A program made the translations under genes and the position numbers. From an uncultured delta proteobacterium (GTDB lineage Bacteria; Myxococcota_A; Polyangia; Polyangiales; Polyangiaceae): DNA of 64,000 nucleotides. The notes under the pieces were generated by a model. That model ran no database searches, was not told the DNA's origin, and saw nothing but the letters and a program-made list of their open reading frames with translations. Numbering within the stretch: the stretch's first letter is position 1; each line of letters opens with the position of its first letter. Location of the stretch: positions 4,128,001-4,192,000 of the forward strand of contig CAWAIF010000003.1 of the NCBI GenBank assembly GCA_963782055.1, written 5' to 3'. Positions 1 to 11,209 of the stretch are shown piece by piece.

Positions 1-863
1 ATGAGCGCGCCCACCAGCATGCTGATGGTGGTGCGAAGGCCCATCAGCATGCCCGCCGCCACCATGATGAGCGAGCCCTCGAAGGAGATGGTGTACGCGA
101 CCAGCGGCAGCCCGCGGATCTTCAGGTAGGGGATGGGGATGAGCGCGGGGATCTTGCTCAGCTTGGTGAAGACGCCGAGGATCTTGTGCCCTGGGGCCGC
201 GTGGGCGTCGCGCAGCCAGGCCACCAGCGCGCCGATGCCCATGGCCGTGAAGAGCGAGCGCGCCTTCTTGGCGGCGCCGCCCCCCGAGCCGTAGAGCGAC
301 TTGAGCGTCTCGGCGGCGGCCGTGCCCGAGGGGAAGCGCAGCTTCTCGATGTTGATCATCTGCCGCTTCATCGGGATGGCCATGATCGTGCCGAGGGCCG
401 CCATGAAGAAGAGCCACGCCATCAGCGTGCGCATCGGCAGGTGGTGCCCGGTGACCAGCAGCAGCGCCGAGATGGCCGACACCAGGATGATCGTCGTGGT
501 GCTCGCCGCGCTGGAGGCGGTCGACTGCATCGCGTTGTTCTCCAGCATCGTCAGGTTCGAGCCGAAGAGGCGCGGGAAGAGCCGCGCGAGCGTGGAGTAG
601 ACCGCGAAGGAGAGGATGCACGCGGTGATGGCGACGCCGAGCCCCCAGCCTGTCTTCAGACCGACGTAGAGGTTGGACAGCGCCATCATGGCGCCGATGA
701 GGCTCCCGACCAGGAAGGAGCGCAGGGTGAACTGCCGCACGTTGCCCTGGTAGACGTTCTTGAACCAGTCGATCTCCGGGTCGGAGATCTCGGGCGAGCC
801 GGCGGAGGCACGGTAGGGCTTGCCCTCCTCCTCGCCGGGGGTGGGCGGGTCGGTCTGCGACAT
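1..863 (-). CDS. OPT family oligopeptide transporter (N-terminal part; runs off window start)
   Basis: Manual translation from ATG at 863: MSQTDPP...QFTLRSFLVGSLIGAMMALSNLYVGLKTGWGLGV...LENNAMQSTASSA...IPMKRQMINIEKLRFPSGTAAAETLKSL; these are typical OPT/YSL motifs with multiple TM segments. Not in the ORF track. Confidence 0.9.
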   Translation of the reverse strand, partial: MSQTDPPTPGEEEGKPYRASAGSPEISDPEIDWFKNVYQGNVRQFTLRSFLVGSLIGAMMALSNLYVGLKTGWGLGVAITACILSFAVYSTLARLFPRLFGSNLTMLENNAMQSTASSAASTTTIILVSAISALLLVTGHHLPMRTLMAWLFFMAALGTIMAIPMKRQMINIEKLRFPSGTAAAETLKSLYGSGGGAAKKARSLFTAMGIGALVAWLRDAHAAPGHKILGVFTKLSKIPALIPIPYLKIRGLPLVAYTISFEGSLIMVAAGMLMGLRTTISMLVGAL

Positions 864-907
864 GGCGCGCCTCTATACCGCGGGGGGCGTCGCGCAGGAA
901 GCGCGCC

Positions 908-3900
908 TCACCCCTGCCCTGCCGCCCGGCCCAGCAGGGCGTCGGGGTCGAGGCCCCGCGCGCAAGCCAGGGCGAGGGTGCGGGCGTTCTCCGGGACGCG
1001 CGAGAGGAAGGAGCCCCGCCATCCGGCACGGCGGATCCTGTCGGCGCGCGCGCCGAGCGACTCCACGGCGAGGCGCAGGACGGCGTCTGCCTCCGGGTCG
1101 CGGCCGGCGGCGAGCAGCGCCTCGGCGTAGACCACCCGCACCAGCGACTCGGTGTCCTCCAGCCCGCCAATCTCCTCCAGCGTGGCGTAGGCCGAGGCGG
1201 CGTGCTCGAGCGCCTCCGCCGCCTCGCCCGCCGCGAGCAGGGCGTCGGCGAGCACCGCCCGTGCGCTGGCGGCGGCCGGCCGCATGGGCCCCGCCACCTC
1301 GAGCGCCCGCTCGGCCTCCTCGATCGCGCCCTCGCCATCGCCACGCGCGCGAAAGGCCATCGCCAGGTACATGCGCGAGAAGCACTCCAGCCGCCGGTCG
1401 CCCTGCGCGTGGAAGGCCTCGATGGCCTGCTGCTGGAAGGCGATGGACTCGTTCACCCTCCCCTGCAGCACGCGCAGCAGGCCGAGGTTGTGAAGGAAGA
1501 TGGCGCGGATGCGGGTGATGCCCAGCGCCTCCGCCGTGCGCAGGGCGGGCAGCAGCGCGGCGTCGGCCTCCTCGAAGGCGCCGGCGGTCACGGCGACGTA
1601 CGCCAGGTTGACGACCTGCACGCACGCGTTGCGACGATCGCCCGCCGCCTCGAACAGGTCGCGCGCGCGCTGCAGCCGGTCGTAGTAGGTGCCCACGTCG
1701 CTCGAGTAGAGCGCGCGGTGGGCGTAGGACCCCTGCACGCGCGCCGCCGCCACCGGCTCGTGGCGCCCGTCGGGCAGGCCGTAGCGATCCAGCTCGGCGA
1801 CCGCGGTGTCGGCGAGCTCGCGCGCGCCAGCGGGGTAGAGCTGGCTCGCGACGCGCGCGACGGCGACGGCGAGCGCCGGGTCCAGCCGGCCGCAGGCGCG
1901 CCACGTGACGAGCACCTCGCCGGCGAGGGCGGAGACGACGTCCACGTGCCCGAGGCCGGTGGCGGCCGTCACGAGCTCCGCCACCGCCTTGCACCACGGG
2001 CCGGAGCCGCGGGGCAGCAGCGCGACGGCCTCGCGCGCCGCCACCTCCGCGTCGGTGATGCGGCCCCTCCAGCGGTACGCCTCGGCCTGCAGCCGGCGCA
2101 TGTCACCGAGCTCGGCGCCCGTCGCGCCGCTCGCGCACGCGTGCTCGGCGAGCGTGATCACCGCGGCGAGATCGTTGCCCTCCAGGGCCTGCGCGGCGGC
2201 GCGTGCATAATACACGCGTGCGCGGTCCGGGCGCCGGCCGCGGTCGAAGTGCCCGGCGAGCTCGGCGGCGCTGCGCTCCCCCCGGCGCTCCAGCCACTCG
2301 GCGGCGAGGGCGTGGCCCATGGCACGGTCGTCCTCGGTCAGCATGGCGTAGGCCGCCTCGCGGACCAGGGCGTGCCGGAAGACGAGCTCCCGCTCCCCGG
2401 TGAGGCGGCTGGCCGGACTGCGCGTCACCAGCTCCTGCTCGGCCAGCGCGTCCAGGTACGTCGCCGCGTCGCCCGCGCCGTCCGCGGCGAGATCGCCCAC
2501 CAGCTCGCGCACGCCTCCCTCCCAGAAGGTCTTGCCGAAGACGCTCGCCGCGCGCAGGACCCGGCGCGCGGGGGCCTCCAGCGTGGAGAGGCGCCGCTCG
2601 ACCATCGCCAGCACCGTCTCCGGCACGTCGTCGCCCTTGCCCTCGGCGATCGCGCGGAGGATCTCCTCCAGGAAGAAGGCGTTGCCCGCGGCCTTCGCCA
2701 CCGCGCGGGCGAGCACGTCCGCCGGCACGCGCGCGCCCAGGACGTGACGCGCCAGCCGCTCGGCGGCCGCGACGTCCAGCTCGCCCAGGTCCACCCGCTC
2801 GGTGGAGGGCAAGGCGAGCACCGACCCGAAGGACTCCAGCGCCTCCGGCCGCGCGAGCATGAGCACCATCATCCGGGCGCCGCCCGGCGCGCGCAGCGAG
2901 CCCTCCACCAGACGCATCGTCGGGAGGTCCGCCCAGTGAAGGTCCTCGATCGACACCAGCGTCGGCGCCGCGTCGCACTCCGCGCGCATCCACGTCTCCC
3001 ACGCCGCGCGTACCTGATCGCCCATCAGCATGGGGTCCTGCCGCGCCGCCCGCAGCTCGACGCGCGACGCGTCGTCGAAGCGGACGCCGACGACCTCGCC
3101 CAGGAACTCCGCCACGCGCTGCACCTCCGGGGCGGCCACCGTCCGCGCCACGCGCCCGCGCAGGCGGGCTCGCGCGGCCTCGATGGGATCGCCGGGCTCG
3201 ATGGACGCCGCACCGCGAACGATCTGGGAGAGCAGACCGAAGGGGGAGCCCGCCGTCATGGGGTCGGCGCGGCAGGAGAAGACCTGGACGCCCTCCGGAC
3301 GCCGCGCCACGCCGCGCAGCCACTCGAAGCGCAGGCGCGACTTGCCCACGCCCGCGGGCGCGGTGACCACCGCCGCCCGGGGCGAGCGCTCGCGCAGACA
3401 CGCGGCGAGCACGCCGTCCAGCGCGCCCATCTCCCGCTCGCGCCCGACGAAGGGCGTGGGCTTGCCCAGCAGCGTCCGCACCGGCGGCGCCGTCTCCGGG
3501 CGCTCGCTGACCAGCTCCAGCGCGCCGCCGGCGCCCCCCACCTCGAAGGCCGCGCCCAGCAGTCCGGAGGTCACCTCGTCGATGGAGATGCTCCCCCCGC
3601 GCGCGGCATGCAGCCGCGCCACGGCGCGATCGATCACCTCCCCCACCACACGCTCGCCCACCTCGGCGCGGCCCGTGGCCAGCGCGACCGGCAGCTCCGG
3701 CAGCACCGCGCGCAGCGCGAGCGCCAGCCGCGCGGCGCGGGCGGCCTGGTCCACCGCGCCCCCCTTCCCGGAGAGCGCGGCGATCATCGCGCTGCCCACC
3801 ACCTCGACGCGCGCGCCGAAGCGCGCTGCCACCGCGCGCGCGGCCTCGTCCAGGTCGGCCGACCGGTCCCCCGGCGCGCCGCGCAGGGTGGCCTCCTCGG

Positions 3901-4816
3901 CGAGCGCAGCCCAGCGGCCCGCCACCAGCACGCTCACGATGCGCAGCTCGCGGTGCGTCAGCGAGGGCGGCGGACGCGACGACGCCGGCGCCTCGCCCAG
4001 GTCGACGTCGCGGAGCGCGCGCAGCGCCGCCGCGCCGTCCGCGGGGCGCGCCTTGGCGTCCCTGGCGAGCATGCGCATCACCACCGCGTCGAGGGCGCCG
4101 GGCACCTCCCCACGCACCGACGAGGGCGGCGGCGGGTCGTCGAAGAACACCTTCGCGATGGAGGCCATCGCGTCCTCGGCGGCGAAGGGGCCGCGGCCGG
4201 TGAGCGCCTTGTACAGCACGCACCCGAGGGCAAAGACGTCGGCGCTGCCATCGAGCGCCACGCTGCCGAGCGCCTGCTCCGGCGGCATGTACCCCGGGGT
4301 CCCCACCAGCGAGTCCGGCGTGAGGTCCGACCGGCCCACCATGGCGAGCCCGAAGTCGACGAGGCGCAGCGCGTCCAGCTCGCCCCGGACGAAGAAGACG
4401 TTGCCCGGCTTCACGTCGCGGTGGACGATGCCGCGCGCGTGCGCGTGCCCGAGCGCCTCCGCCAGGCGCATCCCCACGGCCACCGTGTCGGTCACCGAGA
4501 GCGGCCCGCGCTTCAGGCGCGCGCGCAGGTCCTCGCCGTCCAGCCACTCCATGGCGACGAAGGGCCCCTCGCCGGAGGTGCCGTGGCCGACGTAGCGCAC
4601 GATGCGCGGGTGCGACGCCATCGACAGGGCGCGGATCTCGCGGGAGAAGAAGGCCGGGCCGTCGGGGACGCCGGGCAGCAGCACCTTCACCGCGACGGTC
4701 GCGCCGGTCTCCAGGTCCTGGGCGCGGTAGACGCGCCCCATCCCTCCCACACCCACGGCCACGTCGATGCGAAAGCGGCTGGAGAGCACGTCTCCTTGTC
4801 GGAGGACGGCCGTCAT
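908..4816 (-). CDS. Ser/Thr protein kinase fused to AAA/STAND-type ATPase and TPR-like helical repeats
   Basis: GVGGMGRVY, VAVK, HRDVKPGN, DFG and GTPGYMPPE kinase motifs; PFVGRERE, APAGVGKS (Walker A), IEDLHWAD (Walker B), GNAFFLEE, FRHALVREAAY. Confidence 0.92.
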   Translation of the reverse strand: MTAVLRQGDVLSSRFRIDVAVGVGGMGRVYRAQDLETGATVAVKVLLPGVPDGPAFFSREIRALSMASHPRIVRYVGHGTSGEGPFVAMEWLDGEDLRARLKRGPLSVTDTVAVGMRLAEALGHAHARGIVHRDVKPGNVFFVRGELDALRLVDFGLAMVGRSDLTPDSLVGTPGYMPPEQALGSVALDGSADVFALGCVLYKALTGRGPFAAEDAMASIAKVFFDDPPPPSSVRGEVPGALDAVVMRMLARDAKARPADGAAALRALRDVDLGEAPASSRPPPSLTHRELRIVSVLVAGRWAALAEEATLRGAPGDRSADLDEAARAVAARFGARVEVVGSAMIAALSGKGGAVDQAARAARLALALRAVLPELPVALATGRAEVGERVVGEVIDRAVARLHAARGGSISIDEVTSGLLGAAFEVGGAGGALELVSERPETAPPVRTLLGKPTPFVGREREMGALDGVLAACLRERSPRAAVVTAPAGVGKSRLRFEWLRGVARRPEGVQVFSCRADPMTAGSPFGLLSQIVRGAASIEPGDPIEAARARLRGRVARTVAAPEVQRVAEFLGEVVGVRFDDASRVELRAARQDPMLMGDQVRAAWETWMRAECDAAPTLVSIEDLHWADLPTMRLVEGSLRAPGGARMMVLMLARPEALESFGSVLALPSTERVDLGELDVAAAERLARHVLGARVPADVLARAVAKAAGNAFFLEEILRAIAEGKGDDVPETVLAMVERRLSTLEAPARRVLRAASVFGKTFWEGGVRELVGDLAADGAGDAATYLDALAEQELVTRSPASRLTGERELVFRHALVREAAYAMLTEDDRAMGHALAAEWLERRGERSAAELAGHFDRGRRPDRARVYYARAAAQALEGNDLAAVITLAEHACASGATGAELGDMRRLQAEAYRWRGRITDAEVAAREAVALLPRGSGPWCKAVAELVTAATGLGHVDVVSALAGEVLVTWRACGRLDPALAVAVARVASQLYPAGARELADTAVAELDRYGLPDGRHEPVAAARVQGSYAHRALYSSDVGTYYDRLQRARDLFEAAGDRRNACVQVVNLAYVAVTAGAFEEADAALLPALRTAEALGITRIRAIFLHNLGLLRVLQGRVNESIAFQQQAIEAFHAQGDRRLECFSRMYLAMAFRARGDGEGAIEEAERALEVAGPMRPAAASARAVLADALLAAGEAAEALEHAASAYATLEEIGGLEDTESLVRVVYAEALLAAGRDPEADAVLRLAVESLGARADRIRRAGWRGSFLSRVPENARTLALACARGLDPDALLGRAAGQG

Positions 4817-4832
4817 GCGGGGCGATTATCCG

Positions 4833-6317
4833 TCAGGCGGCCCCGGGAGAAAAGGCGATGCCGGCGTTCTTGAACATCTGGATGAGGCCGTTCTTGTCGA
4901 CCGCCTTCATCCACGCGTCCCTCGGGTCGACGAGCTTCTTCTGCACCAGCAGGAGCAGCGAGTCGTTCATGGTGACCATGCCCTGGGCCTTCGACGTCTG
5001 CATGATCGAGGGGATCTGGAAGGTCTTGCCCTCACGCACCAGGCTGGCGACCGCGGTGTTGCCCAGCAGGATCTCCATCGCCGCGACGCGCCCGCCGCCG
5101 ATCTTCTTGCAGAGCACCTGCGCGACTACGCCCTTGAGCGACTCGCTGAGCATCACGCGGATCTGCTCCTGCTGGTCCGTCGGGAACTGGTCGATGATGC
5201 GGTCGACGGTGGAGATGGCGGTCGTCGTGTGGAGCGTGCCGAAGACCAGGTGGCCCGTCTCCGCCGTCTCGATGGCGATGGCGATGGTCTCCAGGTCGCG
5301 CATCTCGCCCACGAGCACGATGTCGGGGTCCTCGCGGAGCGCCGCGCGCAGCGCGTTCTTGAAGCTCATCGTGTGCTGGCCCACCTCCCGCTGGTTGACC
5401 AGACACTTGATGTTCTTGTGCACGAACTCGACCGGGTCCTCGATGGTGATGATGTGGTCGGAGCGGTTCTTGTTGATGTAGTCGATCATCCCCGCGAGCG
5501 TCGTCGACTTGCCGGAGCCCGTCGGCCCGGTCACCACCACCAGGCCCTTGGTGAGGAAGCAGAGGTCGAGCACCGCCTGCGGCAGCCCGAGCTTGTCCGC
5601 CGGGATGATCTCGATGGGGATCTGCCGGAGCACGGCGCCCGCGCCGTTGCGGTCGAGGAAGGCGTTCACGCGGAAACGCGCCAGGCCGGGGACCTCGTAG
5701 GCGAAGTCCGCGTCGTGCTTCTCCTCGAAGTCGTGGCGCGCCTTCTCGTTGAAGATGGGCCGGATGAGGTCGAGGATGCCGGCGGATTCGAGCACCGGAC
5801 GCTCGCGGATGAAGTGCATCTCGCCGTGCACGCGCATGGCCGGGTGGGACCCGGTGGAGAGGTGCAGGTCGGAGGCCTGACGGTCGATCATGTCCTGCAG
5901 GATCTCGTCGATGGCGTTGGCCCCCACCGCGGCGCGCCTCGCCGGCGCGGGCGGCCGGGCGGCGGCGGCCGGCACGCTGGCGAAGGCCCCGCTGTCGTGC
6001 CGCGGCGGAGCGGCGACGGCGCCCGCACGGCGGATGGTCATCGCCATGCTGGAGCCCTTCACCTCGAGGGTGACCTGGTAGCGGTCCACGCCGCGATCCA
6101 CCTTCACCGTCCGGGGCGCGGTGCGCACGGCGAGCAGCTCGTCCGCCTTGAGCAGCTCGCTGGCGAGCGCCTGGATGCTGGGCGCCTGCAGCGGCTCGCG
6201 CCCGATGTCCTGCCGGCGGCCGTTGCGCATGACGTAGATGCGCTCGCCCACGTTGAGGCAGACCTCGTCGGCCTCGGTCTTCTTGAGCGCGTCGATGAGC
6301 GGATCCAGCCTGGACAA
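4833..6317 (-). CDS. pilT: Type IV pilus retraction ATPase PilT/PilU family with extra N-terminal domain
   Basis: ASDLHL, GPTGSGKSTT, TIEDPVE, ALREDPDIVLVGEMRD, TGHLVFGTLHT; TTG start preceded by GGAGG. Confidence 0.9.
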   Translation of the reverse strand: MSRLDPLIDALKKTEADEVCLNVGERIYVMRNGRRQDIGREPLQAPSIQALASELLKADELLAVRTAPRTVKVDRGVDRYQVTLEVKGSSMAMTIRRAGAVAAPPRHDSGAFASVPAAAARPPAPARRAAVGANAIDEILQDMIDRQASDLHLSTGSHPAMRVHGEMHFIRERPVLESAGILDLIRPIFNEKARHDFEEKHDADFAYEVPGLARFRVNAFLDRNGAGAVLRQIPIEIIPADKLGLPQAVLDLCFLTKGLVVVTGPTGSGKSTTLAGMIDYINKNRSDHIITIEDPVEFVHKNIKCLVNQREVGQHTMSFKNALRAALREDPDIVLVGEMRDLETIAIAIETAETGHLVFGTLHTTTAISTVDRIIDQFPTDQQEQIRVMLSESLKGVVAQVLCKKIGGGRVAAMEILLGNTAVASLVREGKTFQIPSIMQTSKAQGMVTMNDSLLLLVQKKLVDPRDAWMKAVDKNGLIQMFKNAGIAFSPGAA

Positions 6318-6335
6318 TGCGAGACCTCCGGAATT

Positions 6336-6791
6336 TCACACCAGGACGGCGGCGACGTGTCGCTTGTTGACGAAGACGACCCCGACGTCGTCCTCGATGG
6401 CGAAGAAGTCGTCGGGGCCGTTGATGTGATCGGAGGGGCGGGCGCGCCCGTCGACGTCGGCGTGGGCGAGCACGCCGCTCACCTCGCCGCCGCCGAGCAG
6501 CAGCACGCGGACCATGTCCACCGCGGACACCACCTCCGCGTCGCGTCGCGCCACGCCCTGCACCTCCGGCGGCACGCGCACCACGGCGATGGCGTCGCGG
6601 CTGACCAGCGCCGAGTCCGGCCCGTGCTTGACCGGCAGGAAGCGCCGCGGCGCGTTCAGGAAGTCCTCGATCGTCTCCGGGCCCTCGTGGGTGCGGGTGG
6701 TGAGGTCGAGGAACACGGTGACCGCCTCGCGTCGCCCGCCCTCGTAGACGAGCACGACCTCGATCGGGTCCTTCGGGACGACCGCCGGCAT
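6336..6791 (-). CDS. Hypothetical protein with two similar halves, directly upstream of pilT
   Basis: ATG 6791 (MPAVVPKDPIEV); the halves DFLNAPRRFLPV..ALVSRDAI and DHINGPDDFFAI..VFVNKRHV resemble each other; strong GC3 codon bias. Confidence 0.75.
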   Translation of the reverse strand: MPAVVPKDPIEVVLVYEGGRREAVTVFLDLTTRTHEGPETIEDFLNAPRRFLPVKHGPDSALVSRDAIAVVRVPPEVQGVARRDAEVVSAVDMVRVLLLGGGEVSGVLAHADVDGRARPSDHINGPDDFFAIEDDVGVVFVNKRHVAAVLV

Positions 6792-6909
6792 GCTCGCAGA
6801 ATACACCCCGGCCTTCAGGCCGGGCAGCAACATCGGCCCGCGGGCCGCGGCGCTGACTGAAGCATCATTCATTCTTGACGCACTGCGCCCAAAGCCCCAA
6901 ATTCCCCAC
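6792..6909. promoter_or_regulatory. Divergent promoter region
   Basis: Plus strand: TTGACG (6875-6880), 17 nt, CAAATT (6898-6903), 6 nt, GTG 6910. Minus strand: TATTCT 6 nt before ATG 6791. An AT-rich imperfect palindrome TGAA-N6-TTCA lies just upstream of the -35. Confidence 0.55.
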
Positions 6910-8760
<1,851 letters not shown>

Positions 8761-8844
8761 GGTCCGGCCGGAGGCCGGCCGACGGCCCGAAGGGCACGTG
8801 GATCGAGGGCTCGCACACGTCGGGCGCGGCCTTACAATGGCCTC

Positions 8845-10068
8845 ATGGACGGGCCGCCGCCATCGCTCGCTCAGGAGCCGCGCCGCAGCAGGGCCGCCTT
8901 CGTGTCGCGCAAGTGCACGCTGCGGCGGCGGGAGCGGGCGCGTGCGGCCTGGCTGATCCCGCTGTCGGTGGGGGCCGCCGTGGCGATCGGCGTGGCCACG
9001 CACGGCAACGGCGGCCTCATCGCCCTCTTCTTCCTCCTCGGCCTGCCGCTCCTGCTGCTGGCCGTCCTGCTCGCCGGCATGCTGGACACCTGGGGGCCCG
9101 TCGTCATCCAGGCCGACCGGACCGGGCTGCGGGTGGGGACGCGCTTCATCCCGCGCGAGCACATTCGCGACGCGGTGCTCATGCCCGTGTCCGAGGGCGA
9201 GTGCCACGTCCGCGTCCGTCTGCAGCGGGGCTCCGTCGTCCAGATCCAGACGCGCAACACGCGCCACGGGCTCGAGCTGCTCCGCGCGCTCGGCTACGAC
9301 GCGGCGCACGCCACGGCGCGCTTCCGCGCGTCCTCCCTCGCCTTCCCGCCGGACACGGCCTTGCTGGCGATCTCCCTGTCCGTGCTTCCCCTGATGGCGC
9401 TGTGCGAGCTGACGCACGGGCGCGCGCTGGTGGAGGTCGTCGCCGGCGCGGCCTCGGTCGAGGCGCTGATGGTGGCGGCGGCGATGTGGCCCTCGATCGT
9501 GGAGGTCGGGGCGGACGGCGTGCTCGTCCGCTGGGCATGGAGGACACGCTTCATCCCGGCGGCGTCGATCGAGCAGGTCTCGGAGCACGCGGCCAGCGTC
9601 GACCTCACCCTCGCCTCCGGTCGCACCTTCAACGTGCGGGTGGGCACCGGGGACGAGCGGACGGCGGTGGCGACCATGGCGGAGCGCATCCGCGAGGCCG
9701 TCGCGGCGCGGGCGCGCGGCACGGCTGGCAGCGCGGCGGCGGTGCTCGCGCGCGGCTCGCGCGACGTGCGCGCCTGGATCCAGACGCTGAGGGCGGTCGG
9801 GGTCGGCGCCAACGCCACCCTGCGCGTCGCGCCCGTCGACCCGGAGGAGCTCCTGCGCTTGGCGGAGAACCCGCGCGCGACGGCGGCGGACCGCGCCGCG
9901 GCGGCGGTGGCGTTCGCCGCATCCGGGAGGACGGACGCCGCGCGCCGCCTGCGCGTGGCGGGGGAGGCGGTGGCGGCGCCGGCACTCCGCGTGGCGCTGC
10001 AGTCGGCGGCGGACGGCAACGAGGACGCGCTGGAGGCGGCGCTGGGCGAGCTGTCGGCGACGACGTGA
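8845..10068 (+). CDS. Hypothetical membrane protein (paralog of 39040-40182)
   Basis: Two pairs of TM helices, each followed by a PH-like beta segment (EVGADGV), then a helical C-terminus. Confidence 0.75.
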   Translation: MDGPPPSLAQEPRRSRAAFVSRKCTLRRRERARAAWLIPLSVGAAVAIGVATHGNGGLIALFFLLGLPLLLLAVLLAGMLDTWGPVVIQADRTGLRVGTRFIPREHIRDAVLMPVSEGECHVRVRLQRGSVVQIQTRNTRHGLELLRALGYDAAHATARFRASSLAFPPDTALLAISLSVLPLMALCELTHGRALVEVVAGAASVEALMVAAAMWPSIVEVGADGVLVRWAWRTRFIPAASIEQVSEHAASVDLTLASGRTFNVRVGTGDERTAVATMAERIREAVAARARGTAGSAAAVLARGSRDVRAWIQTLRAVGVGANATLRVAPVDPEELLRLAENPRATAADRAAAAVAFAASGRTDAARRLRVAGEAVAAPALRVALQSAADGNEDALEAALGELSATT

Positions 10069-10092
10069 GGCCCCGTCACGAGTCCGGACCGG

Positions 10093-11181
10093 TCACGCGG
10101 TCGAGAGCGTGTGGATGACGCGGGCGAGGGTCGCGACCTCCCGGCCGAGCGCGCGCACGGACGGCAGGGCGCTGCCGGTGTGGCCGTACATGCCGGTGAT
10201 CATCACGCGGCACGGATGACCCGCGGGGAGCGCGCGCGCCAGCTTGTGGGCCTCGAAGTAGGGGATGACGTCGTCGTCCCGCCCGTGCACCAGCGCGACG
10301 GGCGCGCGCACCTTCGCCAGGTGCGGCGCCGGGTCGGCGAAGGCGAACCCGCCGCGCGCCGCGTCGAGCCCGGACACCAGGAGCTCGCGCGAGGAGGCGT
10401 GGAGGCCGCAGCCGGCGAGGAAGAGTTCGCGCTCGCGCGGGCGGAGCTCGCGCGCGATGGCGTGGGCGAAGGGATCGCGCGCCCCCTCCTCCTTCAGCTC
10501 CATCTTCCCCCAGGTCCGCTCCACCATCGCGCGCCACGCGCCCATGAGCGCGGGACGGTCCACGTCCAGCTCCAGGTGCGGCAGGAGATTCATGTAGACG
10601 ACGGGGGAGTTGAGCGGATCGCGCGCGACGCGCAGCCGCGCGCCCTCGTGCTCCGCCTCCCCGGTCACGGCGAAGCGCACGGTCGCCTCGAAGTCGGCGT
10701 AGCCGCCGAAGACCACCAGGCGCGCGATCCGGTCGGCGTAGCCCTCCCGCCCCGCCAGCGCGATGGCGGGCTGCGAGCCGAAGGAGATGCTGAAGAGCGC
10801 CGGCACCCCGAGGCCGCGGCGCTCCGCCAGATCACAGGCGAAGTCGTGGGCGACGGCGAGATCGTCGGTCGTGGAGGGCGCGACGCGCAGGTCTAGGAAG
10901 TCGGGCAGGAGCGGCGCCACGACCACGAAGCCGCTCGCCGCGAGGATGCGGCAGAAGCGGTCCAGGCGAGGGTCGTCGGGGCCGAGGAAGTGCAAGCCGG
11001 GGACCACCACGTACAGGCCGCGCGCCCGGCTGCGCCCCTCGTACACGTACGCGCCGAGCAGCGGGGCGCCGGCGCCCGCCGCCGGCCGGGCGAGCATGTG
11101 CCGGTCGCGCCGGACGCCCCGCGGGACGCGCCCCTCCGACCACGGCCCGAGCCACCGCAGGAGACGGGCGGCGGGAATCAC
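10093..11181 (-). CDS. Alpha/beta-hydrolase fold protein
   Basis: VVPGLH, GFVVVAP, SISFG nucleophile-elbow-like motif, LVHGRDDDVIP, GH near the C-terminus; start uncertain (GTG 11181 or ATG 11211). Confidence 0.7.
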   Translation of the reverse strand: MIPAARLLRWLGPWSEGRVPRGVRRDRHMLARPAAGAGAPLLGAYVYEGRSRARGLYVVVPGLHFLGPDDPRLDRFCRILAASGFVVVAPLLPDFLDLRVAPSTTDDLAVAHDFACDLAERRGLGVPALFSISFGSQPAIALAGREGYADRIARLVVFGGYADFEATVRFAVTGEAEHEGARLRVARDPLNSPVVYMNLLPHLELDVDRPALMGAWRAMVERTWGKMELKEEGARDPFAHAIARELRPRERELFLAGCGLHASSRELLVSGLDAARGGFAFADPAPHLAKVRAPVALVHGRDDDVIPYFEAHKLARALPAGHPCRVMITGMYGHTGSALPSVRALGREVATLARVIHTLSTA

Positions 11182-11209
11182 GCGGCCCTTGCCGGGCGTT
11201 CGGAGCGGC

